DNA of 19,332 nucleotides from assembly GCA_040235515.1 (NCBI GenBank), contig JBECKX010000128.1, forward strand, positions 1 to 19,332, written 5' to 3'. A model generated the notes under the pieces. That model saw nothing but the letters and a program-made list of their open reading frames with translations. It was not told the origin of the DNA and did no database searches. A program made the translations under genes and the position numbers. Positions 1 to 7,864 of this stretch are shown one piece after another; the first letter of the stretch is position 1, and each line of letters starts with the position of its first letter. Source of the stretch: Candidatus Zixiibacteriota bacterium. GTDB taxonomy: Bacteria > Zixibacteria > MSB-5A5 > CAIYYT01.

Positions 1-210
1 ATAGCGGAACTCAAGGAGGGGAGACCTTATCAAGACTTCAAGGGAAAGCGCATGATAACTATGGGCCAGCGCGAAATTATTTCCATCCCTGTCGGCCGTC
101 GATACCGATTGATTTGCTGTGACAAGAAGAGTTCGCTGGAATGCATTGAAGTGATATCGCACGAGGATTACAATAGCCGCTTGTCCTCAGGAGGGTGGTC
201 AGTTGACTAG
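1..210 (+). CDS. 3' end of a protein with a RelE/ParE-like toxin-type C-terminal domain (5' truncated by window edge)
   Basis: Frame 1 is open from base 1 to TAG 208-210: IAELKEGRPYQDFKGKRMITMGQREIISIPVGRRYRLICCDKKSSLECIEVISHEDYNSRLSSGGWSVD. The SIPVGRRYRL and SHEDYN motifs resemble RelE/ParE-fold proteins. Not in the ORF track. Confidence 0.55.
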   Translation: MAELKEGRPYQDFKGKRMITMGQREIISIPVGRRYRLICCDKKSSLECIEVISHEDYNSRLSSGGWSVD

Positions 211-509
211 CTTGTCAGACGAGCCATACAAAGGGCGAACTTCGGTAAGACTCTGAACGTCATGTCTAAGCTAACCTAACACAATATTGGAACCTTTCGC
301 GACAGAGAGTCATCAGTGCTTTTTTGCCAGACTTAATACTCTCTTTCCCCTATATCAACCCTGATGTAGGATCAATCATCCAAGAGTTGATCTGTCGTTC
401 AATGGCTGCCTTTTCCTCGCCAATACGTATGCGTGACAGCTGGACTATGGCTTCTCGGTGATTCTCCCCTATGACTGGTTCTGGCAATGTCCGGGCGTAA
501 GCTTCCCTG

Positions 510-1366
510 TCAAGTAGACAATTCAAAAGTAGAGGTTTCGGCGGTTAAGCGTTCTCGGAAGATAGTCGGTGGAAGATCGTCGAGGGCCTCGTGAGGTCGT
601 CCTTCGTTGTAGTTGATCATCCATTCCGCAGTGATCTCCCGTACCTGATCCAAGTTCTCAAACAAATAGCAGTTTAGCACCTCATCTCTGTATGTCCGGT
701 TAAAGCGTTCAATGAAGGCATTCTGATTCGGCTTGCCCGGCTGGATGTATCTGATCGCAATGCCTTTGTCCTGACAGAAGTCAACCAGCGCCTGTGAGGT
801 CAACTCGGGCCCGTTGTCGCAAATGGCCAGCGGCGTTCCTCGCCAGGTACAGAGTTGCGCCAGCACCCTTACGACTCGCTCACCTGGCAGCGAAGTGTCA
901 ATCTCGATAGCTAACGCCTCCCGCACTCCCTCGTCAATCACATTGAGGGTCCGGAAGCGACGTCCCACAGAGAGGGCGTCACTCATGAAGTCTAATGCCC
1001 AGACCGCATTGGGCTGAGACGGCGTATCAAGCGGCTGTCGATCACGACTCGGAATGCGTTTCTTGGTTCGTCGACGATGTTGCAAACCCAGTTCTGTGTA
1101 CACTCGATATACCTTCTTGTGATTCCAACGGTATCCGTTGTAGCGAAGCTGCTTGTAACTCAACCAGAAGCCCCAGCGTCGATTAGCCTCAGTTACCTTG
1201 GTCAATCTATCACTTCGCGATCTCTCTCCAATCGGTCTGCAGGCGGTTTATACCAGGAAGCTCGCGACATCCCCACCGCAGCGCACGAACGTCCAATTGA
1301 CAACTTATGCTCGGCCACCAGATACGACGCCGCGTCGCGACGCTCGGGCGGCCTCAGAGCTTTTTT
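510..1366 (-). pseudogene. IS3 transposase OrfB (rve/DDE), frameshifted near 1203
   Basis: WALDFM, DNGPE, PGKPNQNAFIERFN and YNEGRPH motifs. The -1 frame from the slip site reads KALRPPERRDAASYLVAEH...EVID then TGA, and continues in another frame as LTKVTE. AICDNG also lacks the usual residue of AIRCDNG. Confidence 0.85.
1330..1366 (-). other. -1 programmed ribosomal frameshift signal (A AAA AAG plus downstream GC-rich sequence)
   Basis: Minus strand AAAAAAG at 1366-1360 at the end of orfA, followed by GC-rich GCCGCCCGAGCGTCGCGACGCGGC. This is the canonical IS3 arrangement. Confidence 0.8.
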
Positions 1367-1620
1367 GAGATTAGGTCCTTAAGGGCATCATTCTCAAGGC
1401 TCAAGTCTGCATATATCCGCTTCAGCTTGGCATTCTCTGCCTCAAGCTCCCGCAGACGACGAACATCCGAGACCTCCAAACCACCATACTTCGACTTCCA
1501 CTGATAGTAGGTCCCGCTGCTGATGCCGTACTTGCGACAGATCTCCGTCACCTTCATCCCGGCATCGGCTTCCTTCAAGATCCCCACTATCTGGGTCTCG
1601 CTGTACTTCGACCGCTTCAT
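1354..1620 (-). CDS. IS3 transposase OrfA (HTH)
   Basis: MKRSKYSETQIVGILKEADAG...TYYQWKSKYGG...RLRELEAENAKLKR. RBS AGGAGG precedes ATG 1620. Confidence 0.92.
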   Translation of the reverse strand: MKRSKYSETQIVGILKEADAGMKVTEICRKYGISSGTYYQWKSKYGGLEVSDVRRLRELEAENAKLKRIYADLSLENDALKDLISKKL

Positions 1621-1975
1621 AGATACCTCCTGACAGCAATATGCCAAAAAACTCTACTTCAGTACAGTCTACTCAGTGGGGAATAATACCGCCGATCCAC
1701 AATTGCGCAAAGAAACTCAATGGTTCGCAGCTGGCTTTCCCCCAACTCTTCCAGCCCACCGAAAACTTCAGTCGGTATCGACGTGATACCCGCTTCTGCC
1801 AGTATTGGTGACACGGGTATTCCGAGTTCCACCAGACCCTTTGCAATGCCGTCAACGTCCGAAATGTCAATGCGGTCACTCAATTGTGCTACCTCCATTA
1901 GAATCTGTTTTAGAGGTGAGGAAATGTGCATTCTCAACTCTCATCAGATTTCAACGGCATGCCGCCCAAGAGCTC

Positions 1976-2004
1976 AGCATAACAGGCGCGTAAGCCCCTG
2001 TCAA
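1976..2004 (-). promoter_or_regulatory. sigma70-type promoter for the IS-interrupted gene
   Basis: Minus strand TTGACA (2004-1999), 17-bp spacer, TATGCT (1981-1976) with a TGn extension. Confidence 0.6.
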
Positions 2005-2034
2005 GCAGCGCCTTAGAGGGTTTCCAGATTCGAC

Positions 2035-2067
2035 TTGATTTACCGTAGCTAGTGTAATATAATTACA
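2035..2067 (+). promoter_or_regulatory. sigma70-type promoter of the GTPase operon with overlapping palindrome
   Basis: TTGATT (2035-2040), 17-bp spacer, TATAAT (2058-2063). Palindrome TGTAAT-ATA-ATTACA at 2053-2067. Confidence 0.65.
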
Positions 2068-2125
2068 TACTTGGAAAAGTGGAGTCTTCGCAGAAATTTT
2101 TCAATTGAGGTGGGCGATTAATTCA

Positions 2126-2941
2126 ATGGACCGTTTTTCTCAGATTCTCATTAAGCACAAAAGGCAGTTTGAGCAGAAACTACGTCAGTTGCTTCCTGAT
2201 TCTACGTCTGAACAGAGGCAGCTTATCATCAAGAGGCTCAGCGAGAGGAAACGCGCGGAAGAGGAAAAACCACCCAAGATAGCCATCATTGGTCAGGCTG
2301 GCGCTGGCAAATCCAGTACTATAAATGCACTATTTGGAACGAGTCTCCCGGTTGGTCATGTTGGAGCATGCACAACCGAAGAAGCCGAACTGAGAGTGGA
2401 AGCTCAAACCGTGGATGGTGCTAACGGAGTGATTACAGTGTTTGACATGCCTGGCCTTGGAGATGATCCCGACCTCGACTGCGCAGAATACAAACAACTT
2501 TATAATCAAGTGCTGAGCGAATGTGACGTAGCCGTGTGGGTGATTAACGCTGCGTCTCGTGCAATGGGATACGATAAGCAGATGATAAGGGACGTCGTCG
2601 CACCATCCCAAGATCAGCTTACTAGTCGTTTGGTGATCGGGCTGAATCAAGTTGATCTTATGCAGCCTGGGAGCTGGTTTCATCGCGCGAATCTGCCTTC
2701 CAAGAGTCAGAAGGAGACAATTGCAAAACGGTTAGAGTACATTATCGAGTTATTCAGGGACATCGTTCCTGGGATAGATGTCTCTCGGATCATCCCGTAT
2801 TCCGCCATGAGGGGTTATCATCTTGAGCAGCTTTTTGAAGCTATGCTAAATGCCTGTGACTCTGACAGGGCGTGGGTATTATATGGTCGAAAGTCAATAG
2901 AAGATTTCGCAGCGACAATAGATCCCGATCTGCTGCGCTAA
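2126..2941 (+). CDS. TRAFAC P-loop GTPase (Era/YeeP/YkfA-like, MMR_HSR1-type) with short N-terminal helical extension
   Basis: G1 GQAGAGKSS, G2 ACTT, G3 DMPG, G4 NQVD, G5 YSA. Start uncertain (TTG 2105 or ATG 2126). Confidence 0.88.
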   Translation: MDRFSQILIKHKRQFEQKLRQLLPDSTSEQRQLIIKRLSERKRAEEEKPPKIAIIGQAGAGKSSTINALFGTSLPVGHVGACTTEEAELRVEAQTVDGANGVITVFDMPGLGDDPDLDCAEYKQLYNQVLSECDVAVWVINAASRAMGYDKQMIRDVVAPSQDQLTSRLVIGLNQVDLMQPGSWFHRANLPSKSQKETIAKRLEYIIELFRDIVPGIDVSRIIPYSAMRGYHLEQLFEAMLNACDSDRAWVLYGRKSIEDFAATIDPDLLR

Positions 2942-2962
2942 GTACAATGAAAGGAGCTATAG

Positions 2963-3196
2963 ATGGGTAGAATCTCAGACGACGACATCAACTACATTGT
3001 CGATGAAGTGAGAGATGAGCTTGGTCAGCTGAGTTCCTCCAGATACCGACAGGTAACGAGAAGCGAGGATTCCTTCATAGGGTGGATCAGAAACCAAGTA
3101 TATGACATTGCCCGCAGCATTGGGCTTATTATATCAGCGCCATTTCGGGCAATATGGGATGCGATTCGCGGTTTCTTTGACGGACTTTTCCGTTAG
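2963..3196 (+). CDS. 77-aa hypothetical protein with amphipathic C-terminus, co-transcribed with the GTPase
   Basis: RBS AAGGAG just upstream; starts 21 bp after the GTPase stop. C-terminus GLIISAPFRAIWDAIRGFFDGLFR. Confidence 0.8.
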   Translation: MGRISDDDINYIVDEVRDELGQLSSSRYRQVTRSEDSFIGWIRNQVYDIARSIGLIISAPFRAIWDAIRGFFDGLFR

Positions 3197-3270
3197 AATT
3201 ACATTTCAACTCGCACTTTGCTGCAAACTGATTTCTGAAACAATCGCCCGCCACTAGTTCTTCATCAAGT

Positions 3271-3427
3271 CTCAGTTGACAATTGCCTGAGTTGGACAGG
3301 ATCAACTCAGTTAACGGAGTATTACTTCAAGATAGCAGGGTTATCCACACTAATTACCGTTTCCGGTAATTGAACCGGTTCCCTTTCTCCTCCTACACTA
3401 AGAGTAGACAAGCTCCAAGAAGCTTGT
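3271..3427. repeat. cluster of inverted repeats plus one DnaA-box match
   Basis: CTGAGTTG-N8-CAACTCAG (3287-3310), AATTACCG-N4-CGGTAATT (3352-3371), ACAAGCT-N6-AGCTTGT (3408-3427), direct repeat CTCAGTTRAC (3271, 3306), TTATCCACA (3341-3349). Confidence 0.7.
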
Positions 3428-3481
3428 TACCTGATTGTTCATTCAACAACGAAATCACCCACAGATCAAGGAGGAGACAGC

Positions 3482-4564
3482 ATGTCTCAGAATCTCTACG
3501 AAGCCCACCGCCAGTGGTCAAAGCGCCCTAAGGACGAACGTTTCCCTAATCTTGGTGCATTACGCAAGTATGTGGAGAGCAGAAAACTCGCCTCTGCGGA
3601 GTTGGAGACCAAATTACAGCAGTTTCACATCACTTCCGATGAGAAAGGTGCCATAGTCCTCAACGGCAGTTCAGCACCCTCTCGCCTTACCCATTGGTCA
3701 TTTGGGCAACTATGTACCAATTGGCTTAGAGCACCGGCCTCTTATCTCAGGTCATTGCCCGCAGAACTGACTGTGCAATGTCTACGGGAATCACAAAGGC
3801 GCTATAGTGCCTCTTGTCAGTTACTAAAGAGAGAAATCGAAGGAGACTTCCAGACTCCTGCCAGAACCGACATTGCGGCGCTCACCGGCCCCAGATACAG
3901 CCGTATTTGGGATATTGATGTCGTCAGCACTATAGTCGAGGCGACTCATGATTCCCCGTGGAAGACACCGCCCGCTCATCCCAACAATCAATCAGAGTGC
4001 TCTGGACTCTATGCCTCCGACCGCGACATGTTCGTCTTCATGGTCAATGATGAGCAGTCCTTGGAGATCGACGGCGTCAAACTCGGCAGAGGTTTCTTCT
4101 GCTGGAACTCCGAAACCGGAGCGGCGTCTTTCGGCCTGACCACATTCCTCTACAACTACATTTGCGGCAATCACATCGTATGGGGAGCCGAGGACGTCAA
4201 TGAAATCCGGATCGTACACCGCGACAATGCGGTAAAGCGATTTCATGAAGACGCCCTGCCCGCATTGCAAGCATTCCTTGGCTCATCGCAGCGCAACGCA
4301 GCCATCATGGACGCAGTCAATCGCGCCATGAGGTATCCCGTCGGCACCGATCTTGAGCAAATGCTCAAGTGGGCTGATGACAAACCCTTTTCCAAGCGAG
4401 AGCTAACCAGTGCCTGGGAAATTGGCCAAGCGGAAGGAGAAAATATCAGCACGCTCTGGGGATTGGTTCAAGGACTTACGGCAACTGCGAGGAAGATTCC
4501 GTTCACCAATATCAGGGTGAATCTAGAAAGGAGAGCTGGACAATTGCTCAAAGCGGCAGCCTGA
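3482..4564 (+). CDS. DUF932-domain protein (plasmid/phage/ICE-associated)
   Basis: QWSKRPKDERF, THWSFGQLC, PASYL, LYASDRDMFVFM, RGFFCWNSETG and YICGNHIVWG motifs are characteristic of DUF932 proteins. RBS AAGGAGGAG. Confidence 0.8.
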   Translation: MSQNLYEAHRQWSKRPKDERFPNLGALRKYVESRKLASAELETKLQQFHITSDEKGAIVLNGSSAPSRLTHWSFGQLCTNWLRAPASYLRSLPAELTVQCLRESQRRYSASCQLLKREIEGDFQTPARTDIAALTGPRYSRIWDIDVVSTIVEATHDSPWKTPPAHPNNQSECSGLYASDRDMFVFMVNDEQSLEIDGVKLGRGFFCWNSETGAASFGLTTFLYNYICGNHIVWGAEDVNEIRIVHRDNAVKRFHEDALPALQAFLGSSQRNAAIMDAVNRAMRYPVGTDLEQMLKWADDKPFSKRELTSAWEIGQAEGENISTLWGLVQGLTATARKIPFTNIRVNLERRAGQLLKAAA

Positions 4565-4580
4565 ATCAAGTGAACACCTG

Positions 4581-4610
4581 GAGACTCGGGGGAAACTTCG
4601 AGTCTCATTT
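4581..4610 (+). terminator. probable intrinsic terminator hairpin after the DUF932 gene
   Basis: GAGACTCGGGG-GAAA-CTTCGAGTCTC (11-bp stem with GU pairs, GNRA loop) followed by ATTT. Confidence 0.65.
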
Positions 4611-4691
4611 ATCTCCGCCACGGACAGTTCGCCTACTAAAGTGGTCTCCCGACGATCGATGAAAGGCGCTCACGCAGCGGGCGGTAGTGCA

Positions 4692-5360
4692 CTACCTTCC
4701 CTTTGGCCGCTCGTAAAGTGACTTGATCCAGATTCGAACTCTCTGAACTAGTAGCGGCAGTTGGAGTCTCATAAGTTGAACCTTCAACTTGATTCTGGAT
4801 ACCCAATTGGCTATTTCTATTTGTGCAATCAGGTATTCCATTTCTTGACTCAGCTCACCTATGCCATCAGCTAGCCTCATTATTGGGAATGTTGCAACAA
4901 TGATTCTTGCTTCATCCTCAGTGAGACGCAGTTGGCTCTTTAACAATGAAATCGCCCAACCAGAGTACCAGTGGAACGCATACGACATCGCTGGAATGAC
5001 AAATAGCAGTCCTATTGAAAGCCAGCGAAACACTCTGTCCGACATGAGCGCATCAGATGCAGTGACGCCGTGTATTAGCAGATACCCCGAGATGGCGACT
5101 GCAAGCATTGAAGCCAGCATTGTAAGCCTGTACCACCAGTTTAGAAGACGATATCCAAGAAGTGCCCTTGTTAAGTACTTGTGAATCGTATCCTGATCAA
5201 CTGTAACGTCCAAGTCGCAAGCAGCTCGCTTCAGTTCACTTTGAAATACTCGAACAAACTCATGTTTGCCCCGGACATATCGCTCGTTCAGAATCACGAA
5301 GACAGAGTTCAATGCAAACGCTAACTGAAAAACGGAATCTGCTGAAGAGAGCTCAATCAT
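4692..5360 (-). CDS. hypothetical membrane protein (about 2-3 TM segments)
   Basis: Long ORF; likely start MIELSSADS with AGGGGTG upstream. Hydrophobic runs LTMLASMLAVAISGYLLI and WLSIGLLFVIPAMSYAF. Confidence 0.65.
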   Translation of the reverse strand: MIELSSADSVFQLAFALNSVFVILNERYVRGKHEFVRVFQSELKRAACDLDVTVDQDTIHKYLTRALLGYRLLNWWYRLTMLASMLAVAISGYLLIHGVTASDALMSDRVFRWLSIGLLFVIPAMSYAFHWYSGWAISLLKSQLRLTEDEARIIVATFPIMRLADGIGELSQEMEYLIAQIEIANWVSRIKLKVQLMRLQLPLLVQRVRIWIKSLYERPKGR

Positions 5361-5596
5361 CGTTACACCCCTGAGTTTGAACAAGTGCGCAGCAGCGCTG
5401 TCGAGAGAGGGGGATGGAAACTCTCGATTCACCTACGCAGGCCGCGCTCAGTCTGCAATGTATGGGTGCAAAGCTCAGTAGTCAATAGAAACTGATGTAC
5501 TTCTGACGCTGAAACTGATAGGATAATTCTGATATTACTACGTCAGTTCTATCCTTACACTAGAGACTTCACATTCTTGAGTTGGAGGTGATGAAT

Positions 5597-6088
5597 ATGG
5601 AAGAGGCGATTGCTGGAGCGACACTGGCATTAGCATCGGCGATAATCGGCGGCATAGTAGTCCTACTTGTACAGGCGTGGATGAAAGGCCATTCGAACCT
5701 CACTCGGTTGCGTTTTGAAATATACATGAAGCTTCTCATGGTAAGGGAGCTACAATTTTGGTCGGTTACTTGGGAGGTAAATGACGACGATGTAGATTCA
5801 AGGATACTTCAGCGCAAGCACGACTACACCTTCCAAATTGCGGATTTGCTAAGACGCGCCGACAGGCTCTCTGAAATGGAAGAGATCATAAGAACGCTAT
5901 TTTCGGTCACATATGGCTCAGAAAAAGAACGACAGTCGCGACTCGACGAACTAATTCGCCAATTAGGGGAAAAGGTCAACCCGAGATACAATAGGTCGAT
6001 GAATAGAGTCATGGCAGAGAATCAAGAGATCGCCAAATTGGATTCCAGAGAGTACATGAGAAGACTCTTCAAGCTGCGAGGATTCTGA
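5597..6088 (+). CDS. hypothetical protein with N-terminal TM helix and helical soluble domain
   Basis: RBS GGAGGTG 5584-5590. TM segment IAGATLALASAIIGGIVVLLV. Confidence 0.72.
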   Translation: MEEAIAGATLALASAIIGGIVVLLVQAWMKGHSNLTRLRFEIYMKLLMVRELQFWSVTWEVNDDDVDSRILQRKHDYTFQIADLLRRADRLSEMEEIIRTLFSVTYGSEKERQSRLDELIRQLGEKVNPRYNRSMNRVMAENQEIAKLDSREYMRRLFKLRGF

Positions 6089-6389
6089 CAATCCATAACG
6101 CTTTATCTGGCACACCGGATTGAGCTCGCGTCTGACTCCTCACTCAGCGCACTCACATGAGTTACTTTTCGAGACAATTCCCTGCCGCTTGAATTAGAGT
6201 TGAGACTGTTAGTTGACTAACAGCGCATGAGGCTCTCTATTCTAGAATGGCATTCTACTTAGAGTACCCTGTTTGGGCCTATAATTCGAAGACTCATGGA
6301 GTACGTTCACACTCGCTCGATGCGAGGTTAGACCAACCGGGTACCGCATGAACTAAATGCGAACATCATTCACTTAGACTCAGGATGGT

Positions 6390-6572
6390 CTAGGTCAGAA
6401 CAATCACAAGTAGCAGAATCCCAAAATAAGTAAGCAGAAACCCCGTCAAAGCCATCCAATGCGGTATTCTGTTTGATTTGATGAAGCATGCATATGTAAA
6501 CATTAGGCCAACTACCCCCAACATAGGGGGAGAAGCATCTGCTAGCATGCGTAGCAGCTCCTCAACACTCAT
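6390..6572 (-). CDS. small 2-TM membrane protein (60 aa)
   Basis: RBS GGAGG before ATG 6572. Two hydrophobic helices, MLGVVGLMFTYACFI and WMALTGFLLTYFGILLLVIVL. Confidence 0.6.
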   Translation of the reverse strand: MSVEELLRMLADASPPMLGVVGLMFTYACFIKSNRIPHWMALTGFLLTYFGILLLVIVLT

Positions 6573-7146
6573 TCTTAGCCTCCATGGCAAATAGCGACTG
6601 TACTGTTATTATCGGCTATATTACTGATTGGATTGAATGGCAGCAGACGTCTTATCGGCAACTACCGTGGATACTTTAGCCAGCTAGTTGAAAGCCGTGA
6701 GCATTTTTGATCGCGAGCTTCGCATAAGCTGCTATTGGAGCGCCAGTTAGCATACTTTTCAGACTTTGCCAAGTTGATGTAGAGATTCGCCAAAGATCAT
6801 AGCAGATGAGTACAGTGCATAAGCTTGCCGGCCCATTAGACTTTTGTGAAGTAGAGTTTTCCGGCATATTGATGTCGGAAGGACGCTGAAGCCATTTGAC
6901 GTACCGAAATCCGATCGATCCCTTATTTGACCAACGTGACGAGTTTGGAGACAAGTTTGAGTATTTATGTTAACAAGATTGAAGAACTCGTCGATTCATA
7001 GCGGCATTGCGTGAAGAACAAGTTAATTTCCGGTCACAGTTCGAACATCTTCTTCTACTCCGGTATTAGTTGCCGGAAGAGGGTATTTCTGCGGATAAAC
7101 TGAAGTGTCCTATCCTGCGAGCGTCCAGTTCGAAACTCATCTAATC

Positions 7147-7175
7147 TTGACAAATGCTGCATTGCAGCATAGAGT
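7147..7175 (+). promoter_or_regulatory. promoter with a perfect palindrome in the spacer
   Basis: TTGACA 7147-7152, 17-bp spacer, TAGAGT 7170-7175. ATGCTGCA-T-TGCAGCAT at 7154-7170. Confidence 0.6.
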
Positions 7176-7706
7176 ATGAGCATGAAGTCGTCTCGTACAA
7201 AGTACACTCGAAGAGAGGACAGATCTTACCAAATCGAAGTCCATGCGGCGGGCTTTTGTTTTAGAACGGTTGACCAGAAGGCTGAAATCCTCGTTGCCAA
7301 GAGATCTCCTGATCGCGAGTTGTTTCCGGGTAAATGGGAGTGTGGAGGCGGCCAGGTTCATCCGGGAGAGAACTTTGAGGAGGCGCTCAAGCGGCAGTAT
7401 TTCGAGGAATTCGGTATTCGTATCCGCGTGTTTATGCCACTCATCGCGTACGAAATTATGCGTGCCAAAGGCCCGAAAATCCCAGGCATAGCCTTCCTTT
7501 GTGGCCCGTTAGACGAGGGAGTTGAGGAGATCACGCTCAACAATCGTGAATTCTCCGAGTACCTCTGGGCTACTGAAACCAATTGTCAGAAGCTAAAGAT
7601 GATTAGTGGCGTACAGGGTCAAGTCAAGAGTGCGTTTGTCTGGTATAGGCGAATAGCCTCATTGTACGTCTTCAAACAAAGTGGACAGTTCTGCTATGAA
7701 AGTTAA
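7176..7706 (+). CDS. Nudix-family hydrolase (variant box, RQ instead of RE); C-terminal ~14 codons derived from an IS end
   Basis: ILVAKRS...PGKWECGGGQVHPGENFEEALKRQYFEEFGI. Start may be ATG 7182. Confidence 0.85.
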   Translation: MSMKSSRTKYTRREDRSYQIEVHAAGFCFRTVDQKAEILVAKRSPDRELFPGKWECGGGQVHPGENFEEALKRQYFEEFGIRIRVFMPLIAYEIMRAKGPKIPGIAFLCGPLDEGVEEITLNNREFSEYLWATETNCQKLKMISGVQGQVKSAFVWYRRIASLYVFKQSGQFCYES

Positions 7707-7864
7707 GCCACAGTTTGGCGCTTGGCAATCGTTTTTCGGTATTCGCGTTTCCTCTGCTTCATCGTTCGTTCTTCGATTCGTTCCCTCTCCTCAAGTATCC
7801 CACATGTCTGCCGGTGTAAACATCTGCCGGCGTTACGTTGTTAAGCGATTCATGATAGCGCCGG
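7663..7864 (-). mobile_element. remnant 3' end of an IS3/IS481-type element (transposase C-terminus plus terminal repeat)
   Basis: Minus strand encodes RRYHESLNNVTPADVYTGRH, then after a frameshift near 7800 ILEERERIEERTMKQRKREYRK...*. The end sequence is TGTACGTCTTCAAACAAAGTGGACAGTT from 7663. Confidence 0.78.

Larger units (their letters stand above)
494..1691 (-). mobile_element. IS3-family insertion sequence (IS407-like organisation), degenerate
   Basis: orfA/orfB arrangement. Imperfect 38-bp terminal IRs GTAAGCTTCCCTGTCAAGTAGACAATTCAAAAGTAGAG (497-534) and GTATTATTCCCCACTGAGTAGACTGTACTGAAGTAGAG (1689-1652). Possible 3-bp target duplication CCG at 491-493 and 1692-1694. Exact ends uncertain by 2-3 bp. 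Confidence 0.9.
350..1937 (-). pseudogene. ~128-aa hypothetical protein split by an IS3-family insertion (parts 1937..1692 and 490..350)
   Basis: ORF 1659..1937 reads into the IS end after ...CAIVDR. Past the IS the frame resumes as TLPEPVIGENHREAIVQLSRIRIGEEKAAIERQINSWMIDPTSGLI* (stop 350-352). Removing the IS gives one continuous frame, and a good promoter lies upstream. Confidence 0.7.

Noticed and set aside
3341..3349. Chromosomal oriC
   Set aside because: Only one DnaA box, with no box cluster and no dnaA/dnaN context.
6600..7130. Gene in this gap (ORF 6676..6954 minus, or a decayed + strand gene)
   Set aside because: No RBS or recognisable motif. The + frames have multiple stops. It may be a pseudogene but I cannot support that.
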